43,701 bases of DNA. Source: Alphaproteobacteria bacterium. GTDB lineage: Bacteria > Pseudomonadota > Alphaproteobacteria > UBA2136 > JALTLI01. A program made the position numbers and the translations under genes. This document shows positions 8,479 to 17,576 of this stretch, one piece after another; within the stretch, counting starts at the first letter, position 1; every line of letters starts with the position of its first letter. The DNA lies in NCBI GenBank assembly GCA_027005635.1, contig JALTLI010000139.1, positions 1 to 43,701 of the forward strand. Reading direction: 5' to 3'. Under the pieces are notes generated by a model, which saw only the letters and a program-made list of their open reading frames with translations, searched no databases and had not been told where the DNA came from.

Positions 8479-9978
8479 TTACATATCCACCGTGGAAGTA
8501 GTATTTCTTATACCGTTGCTTATAAATTCTTCCATAACTTTTTTAACTTCCTGTCCGGCTTCTTTAGGACTGTCACTTTTTATAATAATAGTATTTGTTT
8601 GCTTTACTGTATTCTTATTAGAATTATTTTTATTATTTATTGTTGCACCCGCTGAAGCAGGTGGTGAACTACTAAACGGATTAAACCCTGATAAAAATTC
8701 ACCTGCACTATCCAATGCACCTTCAACAGTACCTAATGGATTATCAATAACCTGTTTTATTTTTACAACTGAATCAAAAGTAAATTCACCTATTGCATTT
8801 CCTATATCTTCAAAGAAAACTAAAATATCATTAAGTAAATTCTTTAAAAATTCAAAAGATTTAGTAACCATTGGAAAATCTTTTAACATTTTTCCAAATA
8901 ATGAATCACCGCCATTTATAAAGGTTAAAATATCATCTATTAATAAGCCTAAAGCTGCTATTGCTGCTCCAATTAAAATAGGAATTAAAAGCATTTTAGC
9001 ATTCATAACTAAGGCGGCTGTTCCTGCTGTTCTCATTAAATTGATAAATGTTATAAACATTGCGCCTATACGCATGGCTACAATAGCACCAAAAGTTATT
9101 ACTAATAATTTAAGTGCATTATCAAGGCCGCCTACTACATCTATAAAACGTCCTGTAAGATCCAGTATAAAACTAAAAATTTTACCTAATGCAGAAAGTA
9201 CCTTAGCAAGAATTTTTATAAATTTATCAAATTTCTGTTTGATTATTTTTTTATTTACTTTTAACCATTCTGTAAATGAATCTACTACTTCCTGAAGTTG
9301 TGGTAAAACACCAGTAGCTATCATTCTTCTTACAGTATTAAGTGCCCTTAGCATTCTTGCCTGTGCATCATTAAACGCTTCAGCAGCTTTAGAATCAGCT
9401 TCAGTAATCGTACCTAACGCTTTTGCTTCATTTGTAAGTTTTCTTATTCCTTCAGAACCATCCCTTAATAGTAAATCTATTTCTCTAATACCCAATTTAT
9501 CAGCAAGTTCTAAACGCTGACCTTGATCCCCTAAATTATTTAAAGCATCTGCTGTTTCTGAAAGTAATACATCAGTAGATTTTAATTCACCATTCGTATC
9601 AGTTACGGAAACACCTAAAATACCAAAGGCTTCAATCCCCGAACCAACACCACGGGCGGCCTCTGAAGCCCTTACAGATAAATTCTGAAGGGCACTAGCC
9701 ATATTTTGTGAATTACCTGTAGTAATTTCAGAGGCATGGAGAAGGGCATCATATTCGCCCGTTAAAATATTAACTTGCCGGGCTTGTTTTGTTATTTCAT
9801 CTGTCGCAGTAGCAGAAGTTTTAAGCAAAGTACCTACAGCAGCAGAAGCCGCAAAGGTAACTTTAATAAACTTACTCAAAATGGCTTTACTTCTATCTAC
9901 AGACTTTTGAAATGAATCTAAATCCTTTTCATCAAATTCAAAGCCTAAGCCTACTAAAAGTTCATCAATGATAGCCAT
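8479..9978 (-). CDS. Tail tape measure protein
   Basis: 499 aa. The helical N-terminal half is followed by a hydrophobic central block (LLVITFGAIVAMRIGAMFITFINLM...LLIPILIGAAIAALGLLI). Located between the chaperones and the baseplate genes. Confidence 0.8.
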   Translation of the reverse strand: MAIIDELLVGLGFEFDEKDLDSFQKSVDRSKAILSKFIKVTFAASAAVGTLLKTSATATDEITKQARQVNILTGEYDALLHASEITTGNSQNMASALQNLSVRASEAARGVGSGIEAFGILGVSVTDTNGELKSTDVLLSETADALNNLGDQGQRLELADKLGIREIDLLLRDGSEGIRKLTNEAKALGTITEADSKAAEAFNDAQARMLRALNTVRRMIATGVLPQLQEVVDSFTEWLKVNKKIIKQKFDKFIKILAKVLSALGKIFSFILDLTGRFIDVVGGLDNALKLLVITFGAIVAMRIGAMFITFINLMRTAGTAALVMNAKMLLIPILIGAAIAALGLLIDDILTFINGGDSLFGKMLKDFPMVTKSFEFLKNLLNDILVFFEDIGNAIGEFTFDSVVKIKQVIDNPLGTVEGALDSAGEFLSGFNPFSSSPPASAGATINNKNNSNKNTVKQTNTIIIKSDSPKEAGQEVKKVMEEFISNGIRNTTSTVDM

Positions 9979-9980
9979 TA

Positions 9981-10127
9981 TTACTTTCTGCCTTTCGGTT
10001 TTAATGCTTCTTTAAGATCTAATGCTTCATGCATATCAGCCAGATCTTCTATTGAATAGGTTCCATCCTGTAATTCATGCAATTTGCATAGTGGCGGTTC
10101 TGCAAGAATCGGCCGCCATATTTCCAT
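9981..10127 (-). CDS. T-like segment of the tail assembly chaperone (-1 frame of 10142..10594; probably made as a G-T fusion)
   Basis: The ORF in the -1 frame (MEIWRPILAEPPLCKLHELQDGTYSIEDLADMHEALDLKEALKPKGRK) fills the gap before the TMP. It has no SD-like sequence. The frame is open upstream back to nt ~10225. Confidence 0.5.
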   Translation of the reverse strand: MEIWRPILAEPPLCKLHELQDGTYSIEDLADMHEALDLKEALKPKGRK

Positions 10128-10141
10128 TTTTAAATTAGGTG

Positions 10142-10594
10142 CTATTCTTTCAATGCTTTCCCCGCTGTGTCCCTCAGTTTTTCTATGTTTAGGCCGAAGC
10201 CTTTTATAAAATTTCCATAGTTCACCTCAAGCACAAAAAAGAACACCTGATACATTTCTGAATATTCATCCTGAAAGGCTTCATCAAAAGAAATGGCTTC
10301 TGAACCCATGCCATCCATAATACGCTTACCATCACGGGTAGCAGTTTCTACCACTCGTTTTATTAAAGCCATTAATTCTTCAGGATTAACACTGTTAAAA
10401 ATAGAATCCAATGCCTTACCAAAGGCTTCAGCCTGTACTTCATCATCTTTACCTTTTGCAGTTAATAAAGATGGGAGAGCCTTACCTAAAATACGGGTCA
10501 ATTCATATTTTAATGGTAATGCTTTAGTTGGGGGCAGTTGTCTTACATAGTAAGAATGCCCATTGATCATTTTCTTATCTTCGCGTGTTGCCAT
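10142..10594 (-). CDS. Tail assembly chaperone (gpG-like)
   Basis: 150-aa acidic protein between the tube and the TMP, the canonical position. Confidence 0.65.
   Translation of the reverse strand: MATREDKKMINGHSYYVRQLPPTKALPLKYELTRILGKALPSLLTAKGKDDEVQAEAFGKALDSIFNSVNPEELMALIKRVVETATRDGKRIMDGMGSEAISFDEAFQDEYSEMYQVFFFVLEVNYGNFIKGFGLNIEKLRDTAGKALKE
10208..10214 (-). other. Candidate -1 slippery heptamer A_AAT_TTT in the chaperone gene
   Basis: In zero frame (GGA AAT TTT ATA) it fits the X_XXY_YYZ pattern. It lies inside the stretch where the -1 frame is open through to the T-like ORF. Confidence 0.4.
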
Positions 10595-10621
10595 AATTAA
10601 TACCAGCCTTATTAAATCCAG

Positions 10622-10696
10622 CCTAAATAAAATCTGCTAACCGAGGTACATTAAAACAGGGCTGGTCTATTTAATGTACTTAGCCCCGATCAGCAG
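10622..10696 (-). terminator. Long intra-operon hairpin plus U-tract (attenuator/terminator) between tube and chaperone genes
   Basis: Minus-strand RNA folds into a 12-bp lower stem (CUGCUGAUCGGG/CUCGGUUAGCAG, with G-U pairs) and a 10-bp upper stem (GUACAUUAAA/UUUAAUGUAC), with a 14-nt loop, then AUUUUAUUU. Confidence 0.5.
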
Positions 10697-10703
10697 ATAA
10701 CCT

Positions 10704-11123
10704 TTATGCCCCACCCAGAAGCATATCTAACCGTTCAACCACTATACGCCATTCCTGCCCATTGATACTTGTACCACGGGAGAGATCAGCGGGTTTAGGG
10801 ATGTAACCCTGTGTACCTGATGCAAGATCATTACCTTCTGTATCTTTGAACTGTACAAAAACAGGCACAAAAGCCCCATTTTCAGCAGCAGTAACAAGCC
10901 CGGTTAAAAATTCATTACTTTTTGATGTTTGCTGTAGATTAAAGGTAAATTCACCTGACCGATCAGCAGATAAGGAAACTGCCATTTCACCACTTGCACC
11001 AATTACATGGGATGCTGAATCATTAAGCCGGGCAATCTGAATTACATCATCACCTTCAGCCCATTCACCAATTTCCACACCTTGTACAAGAACAATGGTA
11101 TTTAAAAAGCTATATGTTTTCAT
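10704..11123 (-). CDS. Tail tube protein
   Basis: 139 aa immediately downstream of the sheath gene. Beta-rich, with high coding GC relative to its neighbours. Confidence 0.7.
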   Translation of the reverse strand: MKTYSFLNTIVLVQGVEIGEWAEGDDVIQIARLNDSASHVIGASGEMAVSLSADRSGEFTFNLQQTSKSNEFLTGLVTAAENGAFVPVFVQFKDTEGNDLASGTQGYIPKPADLSRGTSINGQEWRIVVERLDMLLGGA

Positions 11124-11126
11124 GTT

Positions 11127-12581
11127 TTAACGCTCCAAAGTTCCGTTAATTTGAACAGTATGTACAGCACCCGCCAATAATGCAGTAAAGCTAAGGGTGG
11201 GGGCTTTACGGGCATCTTTATCAGCCTGTGGCATATCAGCTACAGCCTGAACAGACGTAGAATAACCAAGCCCTAAAAATGTTCCATCTATTGTGGTTCC
11301 CGGTGCAAGTAACCCATTATTTACACCTTCATCCAATGCTTTAATTAATTGTTGTTCTAAAGCAGCACCACCTTTATCAGTCAATGGTACTTTTGTTGTG
11401 CGGGAATAAAGATAACCGAAAACATTATTTTCAATGGCATTAGTAAGCCAATCAACACCATGAACTTCATCAAAGAATACACCATTTGCCGTAACGCCTT
11501 CAGCCACAATAGAAACATTGCCTACACTGGTGTAAACATTAACATTTTTTCCTTCTGTAGCTAATTTTTCAGAAGTTGTTAATTGGGTTACACTAACACC
11601 CGGCAACTGTTTGAACTTCAAAGTAATTGTTGTATCAGTTCCCCCAAAATCTACAGTAAATGCACGGGCAAAAGCTGAAACGTGCGGGTACATTGTTGGG
11701 TCAGGATGATAGAAAGTAAAAGTTCTTCTATAACCAGACAGCTTTAATAGAGATCCAATATCTGTAGTGATTGCGGCATTTAGAATTGTTGCATCTTGTG
11801 AACTATGGCAAAGCACCTTTACACGGGCTTCTATATCAGCCGCTAATGCTTGAATCTGTGTAGCTGTAAGGCCATTTGTAACTGCCAGCCCATACCACGC
11901 ATTAGACTTATCAATGATTGGGGCTACAGCATCCACAGGATCAGCTTCAGCCACAAAGCCTGTTTGTAATGTAGCAACACCTACCGCAGTATCCATAAGG
12001 GCTGTTAAAGCTGTTCCTGAAGCCGCTGCTGAAGTGGCTGATACTGTAGATGTAGCACCTGTAGTGCCAGAAGTAAAAATAAATGCACCGTTGATATACT
12101 GAACTGTAGCGGCTGTAAATCCACCTGCTGCTATTGCCTGAACTGCTGCTTCAATAATTGCCGCTACTGCTGCCATACTTGTGGCGGTAGTAAAATCCAT
12201 ATTTAAAATATCATTGGCAACACCATCTATGGAAATATTAAAACTTCCATCTGTGATAGCGTTCCATGTTGCTAAAGTGGATGTATTGTTACCTCCACCT
12301 AACATCTGCCCCGGCTGATCAGTAGTGAATTGTCTGCTGATAGCTAACTGTGTGGGTTTTGGCTCCTGTGAAAAATAGGCTTTTGCCATATCTAATTCAG
12401 GATCACCATCAGAAAAATCATTTTCTACCCCTGTAATATCTGAATAAAAGCGGATTCTTTCTACAGCGGGTATTACATCAGTAGTACCTAAAATATTTAA
12501 TACCCCAAAACCTGCCCGGCTAGGATATTGTGGGGTGGTAGAAATACCCACATTTACAATAGTGGAAGCTGGTATAGTCAT
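11127..12581 (-). CDS. Contractile tail sheath protein
   Basis: 484 aa, directly upstream of the tube gene and after the connector genes. Ala/Thr/Gly-rich composition typical of structural proteins. Confidence 0.7.
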   Translation of the reverse strand: MTIPASTIVNVGISTTPQYPSRAGFGVLNILGTTDVIPAVERIRFYSDITGVENDFSDGDPELDMAKAYFSQEPKPTQLAISRQFTTDQPGQMLGGGNNTSTLATWNAITDGSFNISIDGVANDILNMDFTTATSMAAVAAIIEAAVQAIAAGGFTAATVQYINGAFIFTSGTTGATSTVSATSAAASGTALTALMDTAVGVATLQTGFVAEADPVDAVAPIIDKSNAWYGLAVTNGLTATQIQALAADIEARVKVLCHSSQDATILNAAITTDIGSLLKLSGYRRTFTFYHPDPTMYPHVSAFARAFTVDFGGTDTTITLKFKQLPGVSVTQLTTSEKLATEGKNVNVYTSVGNVSIVAEGVTANGVFFDEVHGVDWLTNAIENNVFGYLYSRTTKVPLTDKGGAALEQQLIKALDEGVNNGLLAPGTTIDGTFLGLGYSTSVQAVADMPQADKDARKAPTLSFTALLAGAVHTVQINGTLER

Positions 12582-13111
12582 TATGATGACCTCACGTTAA
12601 TGTTTATATTGGTTACATTATCCCCTGATTCTGCTACACCATTAATATCTGCTGAATCAACAGCAAGAACAGTATCAGTGAAATTGGTTAAGGCATAAAG
12701 AGTTAAATCTAATTGTGCTCTTTTTTCCCATAATTCTTTATTAATTTCAGATATATCTCTAATATCTGAAACCCCTGCATATCCTAAATTTCCGGCTTTA
12801 AAAATATCTTGTAAAGCATTTCCTTGTAATTGTGTTTCAAAAGAACTAGCATTTTCAAAAGCATTATCTTTAAAAAAATTAACACTTACTTTTATTTCCC
12901 TGATACCATCTATATTTTCATCAAGATCAATCAGTAAATCATTAGTCAGAGTTACACGATCTAAACCTAATTTTCTTGCAGGTGTTACAAATATGGTAGC
13001 ATAATTAACTGTAGGCCGGGGTGCATCTTGATTAGCTATAATAACTTCTATGCCCGTAGCCTGTGATATAGCATTTACCATAACATCTTCAATGGAAGTT
13101 AAATTAAGCAT
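12581..13111 (-). CDS. Tail completion / terminator-like protein
   Basis: 176 aa immediately upstream of the sheath. Assigned by synteny. Confidence 0.4.
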   Translation of the reverse strand: MLNLTSIEDVMVNAISQATGIEVIIANQDAPRPTVNYATIFVTPARKLGLDRVTLTNDLLIDLDENIDGIREIKVSVNFFKDNAFENASSFETQLQGNALQDIFKAGNLGYAGVSDIRDISEINKELWEKRAQLDLTLYALTNFTDTVLAVDSADINGVAESGDNVTNININVRSS

Positions 13112-13436
13112 TTATACGCCCTGCTAAAACTTTATAATACCCGTGGTGGTTCCAAGGGGTTACAGAAAAAACACGGTAACTATTTGCGCCATCTACTATT
13201 ATATCTGTAGTCCTCACCCCTGCAATATCATTAGTATAAATCTTTATACCTTCGTTAATTTCTTCACCTTCTGGCTTTGACCTTAATTCTTTTGGTGTAG
13301 CTGGCTGTACCGAACCAATTAAACTTGACTCAATTAAAGCAGGTTCAACAAATCGGCCATTAACATAATTTCCTGCTTGCCTTCTTTGTATTTTTACGGT
13401 TCTTTGAAAAGCTAATGGTATTACTGGAAATGTCAT
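13104..13436 (-). CDS. Head closure / head-tail adaptor-like protein
   Basis: 110 aa. The pattern 'V.IQRR....NG.......S..GSVQP....EL.......I..GIKIYT' resembles head-closure (stopper) families. Confidence 0.45.
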   Translation of the reverse strand: MTFPVIPLAFQRTVKIQRRQAGNYVNGRFVEPALIESSLIGSVQPATPKELRSKPEGEEINEGIKIYTNDIAGVRTTDIIVDGANSYRVFSVTPWNHHGYYKVLAGRINA

Positions 13437-13939
13437 TTCTTAAATTCCCATCTTATGCTTTGCCTCATGTGCCCTGTATCAATCAGAGGGTTACTTGATT
13501 TTTTATTTATAATTGTTTGTAGCTTCAACGCTGGACTTCTCAGTGTAACAATTTTTTGCTGTACTGCTGCCTGCATCATCTGTCCAAGTAAGGGTAAAAC
13601 ATCTTTAGAATTTTTATTAAGTGTAAGGATGCTTTTTGCTGCTCCGTCCTTCCAAAATTTTAAAAATGTTTCTCTATTTTCATCAAGTGAAGATCTTAAA
13701 AATGATCTTTCAGGAATTTTACCATCTGATGAACCAAATTCATGAACAATCCCTACCATTATTACACTTGTCCCATCCGGGTAAGGTGAAGCATCTTTAG
13801 GAAGCCCTACTAATAAGCCAGATTTTTGTTTAGCTATTTTCTGAAGTTCATTAATAGCTTTATTTATTTTCTTCCCCCCTTTAATTTTATTTTTAGCCAC
13901 AATATCACCTAACCATTTATGGTTAATATTCCGGGGCAA
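13433..13939 (-). CDS. Head-tail joining protein (HK97 gp10-like)
   Basis: 'VGIVHEFGS....IPERSFLRS' resembles the HK97 gp10 family signature. Confidence 0.5.
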   Translation of the reverse strand: MPRNINHKWLGDIVAKNKIKGGKKINKAINELQKIAKQKSGLLVGLPKDASPYPDGTSVIMVGIVHEFGSSDGKIPERSFLRSSLDENRETFLKFWKDGAAKSILTLNKNSKDVLPLLGQMMQAAVQQKIVTLRSPALKLQTIINKKSSNPLIDTGHMRQSIRWEFKK

Positions 13940-14289
13940 TATCTACGCAATAAAGCCAAATATTGTTGTCCATAAGTTGTAGAATTAAAATAAGCATCAG
14001 ATCCTTTTTCAGCGTTATTAACTGCATAACTTACTGAAACTTCACCTACTGACTGTGAAGCTATTGGTGCTGATGTTCCTGTATTGCCATTTTTAGAACT
14101 TTCACCAACTGTTAAATAATGAGCTGCTAAATAAGCAGTAATTCTATCAGCAATAGAAGTTTTAAATTTTGTTTGATCTACATCCTCTAAAGCATCATCA
14201 ATAAAAGTTTGAACATAGCTATCAGGAAAAATAGCAGTATCACTATATTCAGGAAAACGCGCTCGGAATGTTTGCACTATCAACGCCAT
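13909..14289 (-). CDS. Head-tail connector/adaptor (DUF4054-like)
   Basis: The N-terminal 'FRARFPEYSDTAIFPDSYVQTFIDDA' is typical of this adaptor family. Positioned after the capsid genes. Confidence 0.5.
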   Translation of the reverse strand: MALIVQTFRARFPEYSDTAIFPDSYVQTFIDDALEDVDQTKFKTSIADRITAYLAAHYLTVGESSKNGNTGTSAPIASQSVGEVSVSYAVNNAEKGSDAYFNSTTYGQQYLALLRRYCPGILTING

Positions 14290-14642
14290 TATTTGTTTTC
14301 CTTATTTTCTATCTTCAAACTTTTCTGATATTTATCGTGTGGTAAAACAGCAGCTTTTAATCCATGATTACTATTTAAAAATATAGCAATTAGAAATGCC
14401 GCAATTAATCCACCTATCCATTTAAGAATAGACTGTATATCAACTGTAGAAGTATTATTTCCTGCTAAAGCTATTTTTATTTCACTAAGATCACTGGTGC
14501 AAGCATCTATATTTGCCCCAAATCTTCCTAGTGTCTCATGATGATAGCCTACCCTTTCTTCTAACCGGGCAACTACCCTCAATTCCTTTTTAATAGCTTT
14601 TACTTCATCCCTAATTTCTTTTAATAATTCTTCAGGTGACAT
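14289..14642 (-). CDS. Coiled-coil plus single-TM membrane protein inside the head module
   Basis: 117 aa with a helical N-terminus and a TM span 'ILKWIGGLIAAFLIAIFL'. Confidence 0.55.
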   Translation of the reverse strand: MSPEELLKEIRDEVKAIKKELRVVARLEERVGYHHETLGRFGANIDACTSDLSEIKIALAGNNTSTVDIQSILKWIGGLIAAFLIAIFLNSNHGLKAAVLPHDKYQKSLKIENKENK

Positions 14643-14672
14643 ACAGCCTACCCACCTACATAAAGTTAATGG

Positions 14673-14987
14673 TTATTTATTGCCTGAGTTTTCTTCTGGA
14701 TTTTCACCAGATCCATTTTCAGAATCTTCACCATTTTCTTCATTTTCCAGATTATCATTTTCCTGTTCAAAATCTTCAGGAACTTGAATAGGGGCTTTTT
14801 TACCCACTACCAGATCACCTTTATCAAGATAGCCCTGAACCACAGGGTTTTTCTTTAAAAGGTTCCATTCACCATCTGGGATGGTTTTGAAATCCATAGG
14901 ATTAAGGCGGTGCTTAACAAGCCCACCACGTTTTAACCGACAATTAAGGGTAATTGGTCGGGCACAATTATTCAAAATACCAGCCAT
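14673..14987 (-). CDS. Small protein after the major capsid gene, with an acidic Glu/Asn/Gly tail; paralog of 29691..29915
   Basis: 104 aa. A gap-free alignment to the early ORF 29691..29915 (I.NN...P.T......G......P.D...IPD..W...KKN..V...L.....LVV). Confidence 0.6.
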   Translation of the reverse strand: MAGILNNCARPITLNCRLKRGGLVKHRLNPMDFKTIPDGEWNLLKKNPVVQGYLDKGDLVVGKKAPIQVPEDFEQENDNLENEENGEDSENGSGENPEENSGNK

Positions 14988-14988
14988 T

Positions 14989-15933
14989 TTAAATATCCTC
15001 TGCTACTGCTGCTGAAAGTGGGTAGTACACATTAACGCCAGCGATTGAAGCCATACCGGGAATAACAATTTCTAAGCCCTGTTCTTGAGGCGCAAAATAT
15101 TGAAGTTCACCGGGAATTTCAAGCTGTAATTTATCCGGGCGGCGTGTATAAGCTACCATGATATTTACACCACCTGTACCAGCACCTACCAGTTCATTAA
15201 CTGGGATCACATCATCCACAGAGTTAAGGAAAGGTGAGTTCTGTACAATGTACTGCAAAATAGTTGTATCACTGTTAGAAGCACGGGGAGTAGATGCAAT
15301 GTAATTCCAGTTTGTAGGTGGAAGCAGCAAAGTATCAGCCCGTTCTTTCATCTTGGTGTTTTCAAAAATATCACCAAACAGATCATTAATATCAAACAGA
15401 ATTTCATCAGGTGTTTTGGTAGTCCACTGTGGAGTACCACCAGCACCATTGACCACTGTTACTGTGGGGATGTTAGGGTTAGACAGGAAGCCGGGAAGCC
15501 CTGCATCAGTACGACCATTAAATGCAATATCATTAATCAGTTCTTCAACTGAACGGCGTGATGCATTTGCCCTCTGCTGATCCAGTGAACGGCCTGTAAG
15601 TTGTGAAGCAGCAATTTCTTTAACTGTATAACCATAAGAAGTACCAGCTTCTTTAACAGGAATGGTAACTTCCTTACCACCCACATCAGCACGAGGCAGA
15701 TCTTTGGCATAGTTGTTAATCAGTTTAGCAGCACCTACTTTATCATAAGAACGATAAGTAATAGATGTAATGGCAAAGCCGCCTTCATTACTGACTGGGA
15801 AAAGTGAACGCGCAATTAAATCGGCATACTGAACATCATAAGACTGTGATTTAATTAGCTCCAATTCACGCTGAAAAAATGCGCCTTGTGGGGCATCCAG
15901 AAGTTTAAAAGTTTGCATATTTATTTTCCCCAA
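14989..15933 (-). CDS. Major capsid protein (DUF2184/HK97-fold type)
   Basis: 314 aa. The N-terminal 'FFQRELELIKSQSYDVQYADLIARSLFPV' pattern is consistent with that family. High coding GC, and located after the scaffold and decoration genes. Confidence 0.8.
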   Translation of the reverse strand: MGKINMQTFKLLDAPQGAFFQRELELIKSQSYDVQYADLIARSLFPVSNEGGFAITSITYRSYDKVGAAKLINNYAKDLPRADVGGKEVTIPVKEAGTSYGYTVKEIAASQLTGRSLDQQRANASRRSVEELINDIAFNGRTDAGLPGFLSNPNIPTVTVVNGAGGTPQWTTKTPDEILFDINDLFGDIFENTKMKERADTLLLPPTNWNYIASTPRASNSDTTILQYIVQNSPFLNSVDDVIPVNELVGAGTGGVNIMVAYTRRPDKLQLEIPGELQYFAPQEQGLEIVIPGMASIAGVNVYYPLSAAVAEDI

Positions 15934-15934
15934 A

Positions 15935-16402
15935 TTAACCTAAACGGATTTTACCAATTTTACCGGCTGCCACATCTTCTTCCAATGTTGCCCCGGCAAT
16001 TAGTGTTTCACCAGCACCTACAGCACCGGCATCAATAACACCAGTAGTATCAGTAAACTTAATAGCATCACCGGCAGAACCACCGGAAGGGATAGCTACA
16101 TAAATTTGACCACCGGAACCTAAACGCATTACAGCCAGTGTATCTTTATCTTCATACTGAACCGCGCCTGTATTAGCCGCACCTTCGCGGGCAAGATCAC
16201 GAACAGATACACCCAGTTCTTGACCTGCACCAGAGCCAATGCCTACGGCCGCCTGCCCATCATTAGTACCACGAGAAACAATTACACCAAAAGGGACTAC
16301 ACCTTCAGCCTGTTTTGAATCAATTTCATTAAAGCCAATATCTGCAAGCTGACCAGCTACAGCATTAGCAGTATTAATATCATAAGCTGTTTGAACAGTC
16401 AT
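15935..16402 (-). CDS. Head decoration / capsid-associated structural protein
   Basis: 155 aa, Gly/Ala-rich, between the scaffold-like and capsid genes. Confidence 0.45.
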   Translation of the reverse strand: MTVQTAYDINTANAVAGQLADIGFNEIDSKQAEGVVPFGVIVSRGTNDGQAAVGIGSGAGQELGVSVRDLAREGAANTGAVQYEDKDTLAVMRLGSGGQIYVAIPSGGSAGDAIKFTDTTGVIDAGAVGAGETLIAGATLEEDVAAGKIGKIRLG

Positions 16403-16430
16403 AATTTATTACTCCAAGTTGTTAAAAATA

Positions 16431-17576
16431 TTAGCTGGCTTTTGCAGCATTAACGGGTTTTTTCCAAGCATCACGGCTATCAGCCATGTGCTTTTCCCGT
16501 GCTTTTTCAGAATCAGGAATATCACCATCTTCTAAATTCTGTGCATGGTTTTTCATTGCATCATTAAGTGTATTTGAAACACCTGCTTTCACCATATCAG
16601 CAATGGCATCAAAACGGGCATTAATGTAATCAGCAGATTTATCAGAGAGATCCAGATCTTTATTCTGATCCTGAACTACTTCTTTACGAATTGTTTCACA
16701 ATCTTTACCGGCTGCATCAAAATTCTTAATAACTTTCTTTGCAACTTCAATTACCGAAGTCCGTTTTACTACCAGTGCATCCAGAAGTTCAGGTGTAACT
16801 TTATTTTTTTCTGCATCATCAAGTTTTGCCTGCATGGTATCAAGATCGGCTTTGTGATCTTTTTCCATCTTCATTTTGGCTTCTTTTTCTTTAGCCAGTT
16901 CTTCTTCAGCATCTTCCTTAGCCTGCTTATTTTTTTCTGCATCTGAAAGCACCTTACCAACAGCTTGAGCCGTTTGTTCTGGTGCTTCATACTCAATACC
17001 ATCAATAAGTATTTTTTTCATAGCTTTACCTTTTTTAAGTTCATCACTTATTTTACATTCAGAACCACATCTTCCCATTTTAACAATGGCTATATGGTTC
17101 CCCTTTATGTTGGTTTGAACAGCATCATACTGTTCACCAGCATCTGTTATACCAGCCTTAAAATCTATTTCAGAAGTGTAGCCATTTGATAATTCTACTT
17201 TACCTTCCTGAATATCTTTAATAGCTTTTGAATCAATTACAGTCAAAGTAGTAGTTACAAAAATTCCATCTTTAGAAACTGTTTCCCCTGAATGGCCTAC
17301 AGTAACTTCTTTTGCATTATCAGCATTAACTAATTCTGATGGATGATTATTTGTAACAGGTTTGTTACTGAATGAATCCATTGATTCTTTTTTAAAGACT
17401 TCAGCCGGTGGGCGATAAATTTTAATAACATCGGTAGGATCACGGTCTGTTAAACCTAATTCCCCGGCAAAATATTCCTGAATGCCTGAGCGTGAAATAC
17501 GGGCATCTTTAACAATTAAATAACCTTCATCGGTTATTGTTCTTGCTGATATACCAATTTTATCAAGTAAATACAT
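16431..17576 (-). CDS. Prohead scaffold/protease-like protein (DUF2213-like N-domain plus charged coiled-coil C-half)
   Basis: 'GIQEY...E.....D....IKIYRPPAEVF...S..SF..KPVT..HP' and 'NGYTSE....NHIAIV..GRCG' are seen, followed by a Lys/Glu-rich helical region. Confidence 0.65.
   Translation of the reverse strand: MYLLDKIGISARTITDEGYLIVKDARISRSGIQEYFAGELGLTDRDPTDVIKIYRPPAEVFKKESMDSFSNKPVTNNHPSELVNADNAKEVTVGHSGETVSKDGIFVTTTLTVIDSKAIKDIQEGKVELSNGYTSEIDFKAGITDAGEQYDAVQTNIKGNHIAIVKMGRCGSECKISDELKKGKAMKKILIDGIEYEAPEQTAQAVGKVLSDAEKNKQAKEDAEEELAKEKEAKMKMEKDHKADLDTMQAKLDDAEKNKVTPELLDALVVKRTSVIEVAKKVIKNFDAAGKDCETIRKEVVQDQNKDLDLSDKSADYINARFDAIADMVKAGVSNTLNDAMKNHAQNLEDGDIPDSEKAREKHMADSRDAWKKPVNAAKAS

Noticed and set aside
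8492-9295. 267-aa plus-strand ORF (and 7872..8132, 6366..6704, 6788..7063, 5225..5518, 4149..4367) antisense to tape measure and baseplate genes
   Set aside because: They lie wholly inside well-supported minus-strand genes that are packed end to end. Their products are low-complexity and hydrophobic mirror translations with no start context, and some begin with non-ATG codons.
10156-10162. Lambda-like slippery sequence GGGAAAG near the end of the chaperone gene
   Set aside because: In the chaperone reading frame it reads GCG GGG AAA GCA, so it is not phased as G_GGA_AAG. The correctly phased candidate is A_AAT_TTT at 10208-10214.
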